In this document: positions 27,643-35,089 of the stretch, one piece after another
Numbering within the stretch: the first letter of the stretch is position 1
Layout of the letters: each line of letters starts with the position of its first letter
DNA from: a virus
Taxonomy: Duplodnaviria; Caudoviricetes
Length of the DNA: 57,574 nt
Strand: one strand, 5' to 3'
Virus record (IMG/VR): IMGVR_UViG_3300017788_000029
Span: 1-57,574 of that record
The notes under the pieces: model-generated
What the model saw: only the letters and a program-made list of their open reading frames with translations
Database searches by the model: none
Told to the model about the DNA's origin: nothing
Translations under genes and position numbers: made by a program

Positions 27643-27654
27643 CGTCTCCTCCAA

Positions 27655-28371
27655 TCACGCGGTCGTTGGTCGAGCCGCGAGCTTCTCGTAGTAGCGCCTC
27701 GACTTCTTGAGCTTGGCCAGCGCGGTCTGCGCGCGCCGGAGCTTCGTCGTCCACGCCTTCTCGCGCTCCTCGATGCGCGCGAGCTTCGACGCCGCGCGCT
27801 CCTCCGCGCTCGGAGGAGGAGGAGCGACACGCGCAGGTTTTGCTGGGAGGGTCTCGCCGTAGCGCGCGATCTGCGCGGCGTACTGCTCCCGGATCGCCTC
27901 CCTCGAACTCGGCGTCTCGTGCATGACGGCGTTCGGGAAGTCCTCGTGGCCGACTCCGAAGAGGTGCCACGCCTCGTGGCGGACGAGCCAGAGGAAGCTC
28001 GCCGTCGAGTCGGTCGAGAGGGTCAGCCGGAGCCGGCTCCCCGAGAGCATGGCGTAACCGCTGCTCCCTCCTCCGGTCTCGGCGAACACCGCGAGCCGGA
28101 GCGCCCGATCGTCCTGGCCCTTCTCCGCCGCGCGCGCCGCCTCCTGCCCGTAGTCGCGCGCGCCGCGCGAGGTCCGCCGAGCCCGGTGCTGTCGGATCCA
28201 CACGTCGCAGCCGCCGAGGATCTTCTTCGCGCGCGCCGCGACCATCTCCGGCGTCCAGCCGAGACCGAGCGGGTGATGCGCCGCCATCGTCCGCTCGACG
28301 TCGCGGACGACGACCCGGATGAGCGAGCGGAGCGCGTCGGTGTCGTAGTCGGTCGTGTTCCGGACCTTCAC
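27655..28371 (-). CDS. Zincin-like metallopeptidase
   Basis: HEAWHLFGVGH (HExxHxxGxxH); C-terminal coiled coil; start reassigned to GTG at 28371. Confidence 0.7.
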   Translation of the reverse strand: MKVRNTTDYDTDALRSLIRVVVRDVERTMAAHHPLGLGWTPEMVAARAKKILGGCDVWIRQHRARRTSRGARDYGQEAARAAEKGQDDRALRLAVFAETGGGSSGYAMLSGSRLRLTLSTDSTASFLWLVRHEAWHLFGVGHEDFPNAVMHETPSSREAIREQYAAQIARYGETLPAKPARVAPPPPSAEERAASKLARIEEREKAWTTKLRRAQTALAKLKKSRRYYEKLAARPTTA

Positions 28372-28700
28372 GAGTGCGCCTCGCCGGCCGCGAACGCGCG
28401 CTCGACCTGGTGAGCCCACACCCGGCAGCGAATCCAGGAGTCGTCGGGCTGGGCCTGGATGCCGGCGGCCTCCTGCCAGAACTCCGGGCGCTTGGCGCAA
28501 TGCTCGACCGACACGCGAGCCTCGCGGACGCGAGCGAGGAGCTTCTCCGCGGCCTGGCGCGCGCTCTCCTTCTGGCTCCCGTAGCGCCAGGTGAACGAGA
28601 CCTTGTGCTGGTGGTCGGTCGAGCCGTCGCTGACGACGACGTAGAACGTTCCGCCGATTCCGGGCGCTCCGAACGATGCGTAGGTGATGAGGGCGATCAC
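28368..28700 (-). CDS. Hypothetical protein
   Basis: GTGA overlaps on both sides; VIALITYASFGAPG... Confidence 0.55.
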   Translation of the reverse strand: MIALITYASFGAPGIGGTFYVVVSDGSTDHQHKVSFTWRYGSQKESARQAAEKLLARVREARVSVEHCAKRPEFWQEAAGIQAQPDDSWIRCRVWAHQVERAFAAGEAHS

Positions 28701-28900
28701 GAGGCATCTCCGGTCGAGTCGGCCGCGAGGTAGACCGAGAGCGCGAGGGGGTCGGCCGGCTGGTCGCACCCGTCGGGGCAGGGACCTCCCCGGTGGACGA
28801 CGAGGGAATGGACCGCCGCGATGTGCGCCCAACCCGTGAGGGCGTTCGCCGCGCGAAACCCGGTCACGAGCTTGTTGATCTCCGCCTGCCTGTTCGTCAT
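28697..28900 (-). CDS. Small hypothetical protein
   Basis: First gene after a promoter cassette (GGAGAAGGAGAAGG SD). Confidence 0.6.
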   Translation of the reverse strand: MTNRQAEINKLVTGFRAANALTGWAHIAAVHSLVVHRGGPCPDGCDQPADPLALSVYLAADSTGDAS

Positions 28901-28977
28901 CTCGCCTTCTCCTTCTCCGCCGGCCGCTGCCGACTCCTCATCCTTGGATCCGCGGCTCCCGAATGGCAACAAGAAAA
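28901..28977 (-). promoter_or_regulatory. Promoter-hairpin-SD cassette copy 1
   Basis: TTTCTTG-TTGCCA-N17-CAAGGA, GTCGGC-N5-GCCGGC hairpin, GGAGAAGGAGAAGG, then ATG. Confidence 0.8.
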
Positions 28978-29015
28978 ACACCGAGCCCGGCGGTTTCCCG
29001 CTCAGGCCCGGCGTT
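28972..29015 (-). terminator. Intrinsic terminator after the DUF932-like gene
   Basis: GCGG-GAAA-CCGC core in an extended GC stem, followed by GTTTTTC which merges into the next -35 region. Confidence 0.55.
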
Positions 29016-29032
29016 CCGGGGAGATCCGAGGC

Positions 29033-30232
29033 TCAGGCCGCGCGACGCGCGCGCGCGCGGAGGTAGCGCCCGGCCGCATCCTCGATGTCGAGGCGACGAT
29101 CGATGGGGCGGGTCTGCGCGTAGGCCGTCATCCCGTTGAGGACGTCGTAGGCCGAGACGTCGCCCATGGTCCGGAGCGTCTCCGCCCACGAGCCGGTGTC
29201 CTCGGGGAGCGCGATCCCGCGCTCGGCCGCGACGGTGCGCGTGACCTCGCGAGCCTCGGAGGCCGCGAACCCGAAGGAGCCGAGGCCCGCGAACTCGGCG
29301 TCCACGTCGTCGATCATCCGCTCGGTGACGCTGCGCAGGACGTTGGCGTTGCCGGCCGCCTCCTCGATCGCCGCGGGGATCGCATCGCGGAAGGCCTCGT
29401 AGAGACGGGCCGGATCGCCCGAGTGGTTGAACCGGCGCTTCGTCCCGGTCTCGGCGACGCGGAGCCCGTTCAGGCAGACGAGGCGGTAGAGGCTCGGGAC
29501 GACGCCCACCGAGCGATTGCCGATCTCGCCGTTGGTGATGTCCAGGCCGCCCTCGACGACATCGCCCTTCCGGACCTCGAAGGCCTCGCGCTCCCAGGTG
29601 AGTCGGACGACCGTCGAGGTTCCGAGCGCGACGCCGCGCACCTGGACCGTCCCGAGGAGGCCGCGCGCCTGCAACGCCTGCTCGGCGACGTCGAGAACGT
29701 AGGCGTCGTCGAGCGCCGCGTAGCGACCGCTGACGATCGCGCGAGCCTGACCTCCGGCGAGCCGGATCATCCCGGTCGACGACTCCTCCGAGGTCGTGAG
29801 CCCGTGCATGAGGCAGGCGCGCGTGAGCTTCGCGGGGAGCTTCGCGAGGTAGCCAGCCGGAGCGCCCGCGCGCGTGGCCAGCTGGAGGAAGGCGGCCTTC
29901 CGGAGCGGGATGGGGTTGGACGCGGGGACGAGGCGACCGTTCGCCTGCTCGGTCTTGCAGACCATCAGGAGGCCGGTGGGGTCGAAGTCGACCGCGAGCC
30001 GGTCGAGCGCGCCCGCGCCGATGTCCTCCCGCGCGCCGTCCGCCTCCGCGTGCGCCGCGACCGCCGCGCGCATCTCGGTCCAGGTCATCGGAGCGCGCTT
30101 CGAGCGGTGCGCGCCCGCGTCACTCGGGCGGCCCGCGATCCAGGTCTCGCGAGCGTCCGGGAGGACGCGAATCGGCGAGGCCGAGGGGTTGAAGGTCGCG
30201 GTCGTCGTCGAGTTGCTGGTGATCGTCTGCAT
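29033..30232 (-). CDS. DUF932-family protein
   Basis: RAIVSGRYAALD and ITNGEIGNRSVGVVPSLYRLVCLNG...H signature. Confidence 0.8.
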   Translation of the reverse strand: MQTITSNSTTTATFNPSASPIRVLPDARETWIAGRPSDAGAHRSKRAPMTWTEMRAAVAAHAEADGAREDIGAGALDRLAVDFDPTGLLMVCKTEQANGRLVPASNPIPLRKAAFLQLATRAGAPAGYLAKLPAKLTRACLMHGLTTSEESSTGMIRLAGGQARAIVSGRYAALDDAYVLDVAEQALQARGLLGTVQVRGVALGTSTVVRLTWEREAFEVRKGDVVEGGLDITNGEIGNRSVGVVPSLYRLVCLNGLRVAETGTKRRFNHSGDPARLYEAFRDAIPAAIEEAAGNANVLRSVTERMIDDVDAEFAGLGSFGFAASEAREVTRTVAAERGIALPEDTGSWAETLRTMGDVSAYDVLNGMTAYAQTRPIDRRLDIEDAAGRYLRARARRAA

Positions 30233-30312
30233 GGTCTCTCTTCTCCTTCTCCGTGAGCCCCGTGCTCACACGCCAGACCTTGGATCCGATGCCCGGCGGT
30301 GGCAACAAGAAA
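30233..30312 (-). promoter_or_regulatory. Promoter-hairpin-SD cassette copy 2
   Basis: TTGCCA-N17-CAAGGT; hairpin GTGAGC-ACGGG-GCTCAC; GGAGAAGGAGAAG. Confidence 0.8.
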
Positions 30313-30319
30313 TCTGCGA

Positions 30320-30583
30320 CTATTCGGTAACCGTCCGCTTCACCGGGTCTTTTTTCTCCTCTCGGGGGAGCCACTCCCGACCCTTCTCTTCTCCGGGGAG
30401 CCACACCCGGACCCAGGTCCCGAGGCCGAGCCCATCGCGAGGGTCCGCCTCCGATTGACGCGCCGCTTCTGCGACGACTGACGCCGCGAACGCGCGCACC
30501 GAGAGCCCTCGACGAGCGGCCACGCGCTCGACGCGCTCCTGGTCCGCCTCGGCGAGCGAGATCCGGATCGACTTCTTCGTCAC
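30320..30583 (-). CDS. Ribbon-helix-helix DNA-binding protein
   Basis: KSIRISLAEADQERVERVAARRGLSVRAFA. Confidence 0.65.
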   Translation of the reverse strand: MTKKSIRISLAEADQERVERVAARRGLSVRAFAASVVAEAARQSEADPRDGLGLGTWVRVWLPGEEKGREWLPREEKKDPVKRTVTE

Positions 30584-30864
30584 GACGCGCCTCCCTCCGG
30601 AGACGTCCAGAACGCCTCCAACGCCTCACGCCACTCGCGATCGGAGTAGCCGGGGCCCGCGATCTCGTCGGCCCGCTCGACGCACCGCGCGCGAGCAGCC
30701 GCCAACTCGTCGAGGTCATCCGCGCGTCGCTCCCGCTCGCGGTAGTCGCGGTGGTAGAGGATCGCGTCCTCCTCCTTCCCGGCCATGTACGCGAGCCAGA
30801 GGTAGACGCGCGCTTGCCGCCTCCGCGCCGCGCACTCGTCGCACGCCGCGAGCCGGAGCTTCAC
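30580..30864 (-). CDS. Hypothetical protein (CxxC)
   Basis: VKLRLAACDEC...; GTGA overlaps. Confidence 0.55.
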   Translation of the reverse strand: MKLRLAACDECAARRRQARVYLWLAYMAGKEEDAILYHRDYRERERRADDLDELAAARARCVERADEIAGPGYSDREWREALEAFWTSPEGGAS

Positions 30865-31085
30865 GGTTCTCCGAGGAGCGCCTGGAGGAGCGAGATCGCG
30901 CCGAGCGCGAAGTGGCGCTCGATCGGCTTGTCGGCGTAGAAGCGGCCCGAGTCGGACCAGGTGAGCGCGCGCGCGGTGAGGTCGAGGCCGGCCCGCGTCG
31001 ACTTCGCGGCGAAGAACCAGGCTCGTCGCTCTCGACCCTCGGGCGTCTGGTCCTTCGGTCGGGCGTTTCGGTGGAACGTGGACAT
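30861..31085 (-). CDS. Small hypothetical protein
   Basis: GAGGAG SD; 74 aa. Confidence 0.55.
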   Translation of the reverse strand: MSTFHRNARPKDQTPEGRERRAWFFAAKSTRAGLDLTARALTWSDSGRFYADKPIERHFALGAISLLQALLGEP

Positions 31086-31109
31086 CGCGGTTTCTCCTCG
31101 GTGAGCGGT

Positions 31110-31433
31110 TCAGTAGGTCCCGACCTCGAAGCCGGCCGGGAGAGCGCCGCCCTCCATGGCGGAGAGGATCTCGGCCGCGAAGGCGCGACCCTCGGCGACG
31201 GTCGGCGACGAGCGCCAGCGATGCGCGTAGACCTGATCGCCCTCGTTGTTCGCGAAGAAGAGGTCCGCGCCGCGCGTGTCGACGACGACGAGGACGTGCT
31301 GGTAGACGGTCCCGGCGATCCGCCAGGGCTCGATCGCGAAGTCGTCGACGATGAGGGGAGCCGCGTCGTCGAACGACTCCGCGCCAGCGAACCCAAACCA
31401 GTCTTCGCGCGTGAACTCTCGAATCGTCGCCAT
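31110..31433 (-). CDS. Hypothetical acidic protein
   Basis: MATIREFTREDWFGFAGAE...; first gene after cassette 3. Confidence 0.65.
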   Translation of the reverse strand: MATIREFTREDWFGFAGAESFDDAAPLIVDDFAIEPWRIAGTVYQHVLVVVDTRGADLFFANNEGDQVYAHRWRSSPTVAEGRAFAAEILSAMEGGALPAGFEVGTY

Positions 31434-31512
31434 GTTCGCTTCTCCTTCGCCGCCGGCCCGATGCCGACTCCCCACTCTTGGAGCGCGCGCGGTCGGATGG
31501 CAACAAGAAAAA
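31434..31512 (-). promoter_or_regulatory. Promoter-hairpin-SD cassette copy 3
   Basis: TTGCCA-N17-CAAGAG; GTCGGC-ATCGG-GCCGGC; GGCGAAGGAGAAG. Confidence 0.8.
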
Positions 31513-31520
31513 CGACGCCG

Positions 31521-31808
31521 CTACGATTTCGGCTCCACCCACGAGAGATTCGGGCGCTCGCCGCGCGCGAGCGGGTCGTAGAGCTTCCCGTCATCGCCCT
31601 CGAAGGGCTCCCGGTGGTCGTGGTCTCCGCGGAGGATCTCCTCGGGGATCGGACCTCCGAACGCCTCGCACGCGAGGTTGAGCCGGAGCCGCCGGCAGTT
31701 GGCGCACTGCGAGGAGAACGAGCGCCAGGAGTCGCCGAGGATCTGCGGCTCTCCGGTCGCCGGGTCGCGGTCGTAGGTCGGGACGAGCCATCGGACGAGC
31801 GGGATCAT
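31521..31808 (-). CDS. Small Cys/His metal-binding protein (CxxC...CxAF..IP.EI..G..DH..P..GD.G)
   Basis: QCANCRRLRLNLACEAFGGPIPEEILRGDHDHREPFEGDDGKLY; a pattern I recall from genes next to phage MuF-toxin genes. Confidence 0.65.
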   Translation of the reverse strand: MIPLVRWLVPTYDRDPATGEPQILGDSWRSFSSQCANCRRLRLNLACEAFGGPIPEEILRGDHDHREPFEGDDGKLYDPLARGERPNLSWVEPKS

Positions 31809-32110
31809 GGCTTGACCCTGTCCTGCGCGTGCTGGAACAGCACCTTGTCGCTCGCCTGCTCTCGCAAGTTGAACCACACGAGCCCGGCAGCGTCAGCGTC
31901 CTTCCTGGCCCTCTCCACGAGGGCCAGTAGTCGCATGTGCTCCGCGCGTGCCTCGCGGAGCTTCGTGAGCAGCTCACGGTCGCGCTCTTCGCGTAGCTCG
32001 TCGAACACGGTCGTGGCGTGACCTCGGGCGACGCGCTCCATCGCCGCTTCGATGTCTTCGTTCACGGCGACCTCGCGACGCGCGGCTTCGATCTGAGCGG
32101 ATCGGTTCAC
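31805..32110 (-). CDS. Hypothetical helical protein
   Basis: GTG start after GGAGGTGGCTCGTGA junction; codon usage differs from neighbours. Confidence 0.55.
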   Translation of the reverse strand: MNRSAQIEAARREVAVNEDIEAAMERVARGHATTVFDELREERDRELLTKLREARAEHMRLLALVERARKDADAAGLVWFNLREQASDKVLFQHAQDRVKP

Positions 32111-32337
32111 GAGCCACCTCCGGCCCGGACGTGCTCCGCCCACCAGGCGTTTTGGGCGAGGCGGTTCGCCTCGTCGCGGTAGCCGTCGGTCCAGTCGACC
32201 GGCGAGCCGGGAGGACACGAGGCCGCGAGCGACTCGACCGAGACGCCCGCTCGCAGGTTCGCGCGCGCCGCGCGCTCGCCGTCGGCGTAGCGCGAGGCCG
32301 CCGCGCGTTGGCCGTAGCCGTTCTCGTTGGCGCTCAC
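32107..32337 (-). CDS. Small hypothetical protein
   Basis: GTGA-coupled on both sides. Confidence 0.55.
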   Translation of the reverse strand: MSANENGYGQRAAASRYADGERAARANLRAGVSVESLAASCPPGSPVDWTDGYRDEANRLAQNAWWAEHVRAGGGS

Positions 32338-32582
32338 GAGCACACCTCGACGTAGAGGTTCTCGACTCCGCCGCCCTGGAGCCGCGGGAGCCGGTCGAGG
32401 AGGATCTTCGTGAACGCGCGCTTCGCGTCCGTGTAGGTCGAGGCGGGCACGAACTCCGGCCCGGTCCCGACGTCGAAGGCCCAGGAGCCGTAACCCGAGG
32501 GACGGCGACCGTGGGCCGCCTCGAACCGCGTGGTCTCGAACCGGACGACGATCCGCCCACCCTTGCTCTCTCGCTTCGTCAT
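32334..32582 (-). CDS. Small hypothetical protein
   Basis: TTRFEAAHGRRPSGYGSWAF; first gene after cassette 4. Confidence 0.65.
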   Translation of the reverse strand: MTKRESKGGRIVVRFETTRFEAAHGRRPSGYGSWAFDVGTGPEFVPASTYTDAKRAFTKILLDRLPRLQGGGVENLYVEVCS

Positions 32583-32660
32583 AGTCGCCTTCTCCTTCTC
32601 CGCCGGCCGCCCGCCGACCCTCTACCCTTAGATCGCCTCCTCGGGGTTGGCAACAAGAAA
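32583..32660 (-). promoter_or_regulatory. Promoter-hairpin-SD cassette copy 4
   Basis: TTGCCA-N17-TAAGGG; GTCGGC-N5-GCCGGC; GGAGAAGGAGAAGG. Confidence 0.8.
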
Positions 32661-32668
32661 TGCGACGC

Positions 32669-35086
32669 TCACGGGTGCCGGCGAGCTACGACGCCTTCGA
32701 GCCGCCGCCGCTCCTCGTCCGTGAGATCGGTCTCGATCGTCCGAGGGCGGTAGCCCGTGCGACCGCGCCGCCGTAGGGAGGCGTCGAGGTCCGCTCCGCT
32801 CGACGCGGTATGGGTCGACACCGAGGCTCCGCTCACCGGCACGAAGCCCCATCGGTCGTAGGCGGACTGGACCCGCTCGAAGTAGCGTAGGAGAGGCGGG
32901 CAGTTGCTCTCCAGGAACGCGCGCCCGCGTGGGCACTGCGAGAGGGCGTAGCCCTCCGCCCACGACTCCTCGACCGAGTATCTCGTGGCGTCGGAGACGT
33001 ACCAGCCGCCGTGCTGGCGGAGCGCGTCCCGACCTCCTTGCTCGACGAGGACGCGCTGGAACTCCACCGTGTCAGACATCCGGAACGCGGGAGCGCCGCC
33101 GGGCGGGCGTTGCGACGAGAGGGCGTGCCCAAGCTCGTGGGCCGGCACGTCGGTGTCGCCCGCGAGGATCTCGCGCCTCGGGCGATCTCGGTTCCACCAC
33201 GTCGCATCGCGCCCGGAGTCAAAGACGCCCTCGACCTGATCCCAGGTGCGGGTGTCCCGTGCGTCGGGCCCGGAGCGGCCCGTCATCCCCCAGCGAGGGT
33301 CGCGGCCCACGCCGAGGTTGCCGGGGAGGATCCGCGAGGAGTGACCTCGTGCGTGGAGGTGCTCCATCTGCGAGGCCGGAAGCTCGGTGAGACGGTCGGC
33401 GAAGATCCGCAGATCCGCCTCGGTCAACGCCGCCGTCCCGGCCACGTCGACCTCGACCGTCGAGAAGGCCACGCGCAGGTACTCCGCCGCCTCGGCCTGG
33501 CTCGCGAACGCATCGCCTGGACGACGACCCACGAGGTGCCCGAGCCCGGCCCGCTGAAGCCGCTCGGCGCGGACCTCCAACGGAGGCCGAGGAGCCGCGC
33601 GCGTGCGCCGCACCTCCTCCTCCGCGTCCCACCGCTGCCGCGCCACCCACATCGCCGCCTCGCGCTCGGTTCGCATCACCGGCCCGCGGACGTAGCGGTA
33701 GCCCGAGCGCGTGGATCCGGTCGGATCCTCCACCCACAACTCGCCCTGGTGCCCGGCTCCCGAGTCGGCGTTGACCACGGAGCCGACCGACCGGCCATCC
33801 CACTTGACCGTCGAGTACCGCTTCCACTCCATCAGGTCGCCTGCCTCCGCTCGGAACCGCGCCGTCGCCTCACGCTCCTCCGGAGTGACCCTCGGACGCC
33901 GAGCCCTCCGCGTGGCCGGCACCGCCTCGACCTCGGGCACCACGGCGCTCTCCGCGCGCGCGCGACGTCGCTCCGCGGCCTGCGTGCGCCACCGCTGCCG
34001 TCGCGTCTCGCCGAGCAGCCGGCGTTCCTCGGCGACGTCGTGAGCGCGCTCGATGCCGGCCACGCGAGGTGTCCCGAGGTTGTTCCGGAGGAAGGCCACG
34101 CGCTCGGGCGTGAGCGGAGCCGTCGATGGCGTCTCGGACCAGCGCGAGCGCCAGGGGATCAAGACCTCTCGGTCGTTCGGGCGTCCGGGAGGCCGCTGGT
34201 ACTGCCGTCCGAGCCCGTCCGTGAAGTAGCCGTCGAGCGGACGGATCTGCCCGTGGACCACGATCGAGTCGTAGGCCGTCCGCTGGTCGAACGTCGCGAG
34301 GATCTTCTTCCCGAGGTCGGGCATCTCCGCGCGCATCTCGATGAGCCCGGCCAGCCGCGCCTCGTTGTACGCGTGGCTCGTCTCGGTCCGGACGATGCGC
34401 CAGGCCCACGAGCGGTAGCGGGTGAACAGCCCCTCGGGGATCTCCTCCTCGGCGAGCCGCTCGACCCTTCCGTTCACGACGCGCGCGCTCATCGAGACGG
34501 TCCCGCGAGGACCGGCGTGCCCGGTGAGGGCGTTCACCATGTCCCACTGCGTAAAGCCCGCGACCATCCCGGTGGCCATCGTCTGCTCGATCTCGCCGAT
34601 CATCGCGACGCCGTAGCGGTCGACGCTCGTGAGGTGCTGGCGGAGGAGCGACGAGTGGACGCCGCGCGCCACGTTGTCGAAGACGAGCGCCTGGCGGAGC
34701 CGGAGCGGCTGCGCGATCCCGGTGAACGTCTCCTCCAGACGAGCGATCGAGTCGACCGTGTGGCCGAGGCTCGCCGCGATGGCCGCGCGCGCCTGCTCGT
34801 CGGTCAGGCCCGCGAGCCGAGCGCGGACGTACTCCGAGGTGAGCCGGACCTGCTCGCGGTACATCGACGCCTGCGCCGCCGAGAAGCGAACGTCACGGCC
34901 GCCCGACGCGACCATGACGCGCTGGAGCCTCTCGCCGAGGAGTCGATCGGCATCGGCGAGGAGCCGCTGGAGCCGTTGGGCAGCCGCTCGTCCCGTCGGA
35001 TCCTCGCAGGCCACCACGCGCTCCGCCTGCTCTCGCATGACGCGAACGGTCGACTCCGCGGCTTGTAGCGCGCGCCGCGTGACCAT
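32669..35086 (-). CDS. MuF (SPP1 gp7-like) head morphogenesis protein with a C-terminal lethal-factor/PPEP-like zinc metallopeptidase
   Basis: Directly after the portal; WRIVRTETSHAYN...D.RT..D...HGQ...PPGRPNDRE MuF core; C-terminal TWDQVEG...HELGH...S...F...EESWAEGY...L...CP....F. Confidence 0.85.
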   Translation of the reverse strand: MVTRRALQAAESTVRVMREQAERVVACEDPTGRAAAQRLQRLLADADRLLGERLQRVMVASGGRDVRFSAAQASMYREQVRLTSEYVRARLAGLTDEQARAAIAASLGHTVDSIARLEETFTGIAQPLRLRQALVFDNVARGVHSSLLRQHLTSVDRYGVAMIGEIEQTMATGMVAGFTQWDMVNALTGHAGPRGTVSMSARVVNGRVERLAEEEIPEGLFTRYRSWAWRIVRTETSHAYNEARLAGLIEMRAEMPDLGKKILATFDQRTAYDSIVVHGQIRPLDGYFTDGLGRQYQRPPGRPNDREVLIPWRSRWSETPSTAPLTPERVAFLRNNLGTPRVAGIERAHDVAEERRLLGETRRQRWRTQAAERRRARAESAVVPEVEAVPATRRARRPRVTPEEREATARFRAEAGDLMEWKRYSTVKWDGRSVGSVVNADSGAGHQGELWVEDPTGSTRSGYRYVRGPVMRTEREAAMWVARQRWDAEEEVRRTRAAPRPPLEVRAERLQRAGLGHLVGRRPGDAFASQAEAAEYLRVAFSTVEVDVAGTAALTEADLRIFADRLTELPASQMEHLHARGHSSRILPGNLGVGRDPRWGMTGRSGPDARDTRTWDQVEGVFDSGRDATWWNRDRPRREILAGDTDVPAHELGHALSSQRPPGGAPAFRMSDTVEFQRVLVEQGGRDALRQHGGWYVSDATRYSVEESWAEGYALSQCPRGRAFLESNCPPLLRYFERVQSAYDRWGFVPVSGASVSTHTASSGADLDASLRRRGRTGYRPRTIETDLTDEERRRLEGVVARRHP

Positions 35087-35089
35087 CGA

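Noticed and set aside
28901-32660. Recurrent cassettes as a CRISPR array or integron attC sites
   Set aside because: Copies are degenerate, separated by whole genes and have promoter/SD architecture; no integrase is present.
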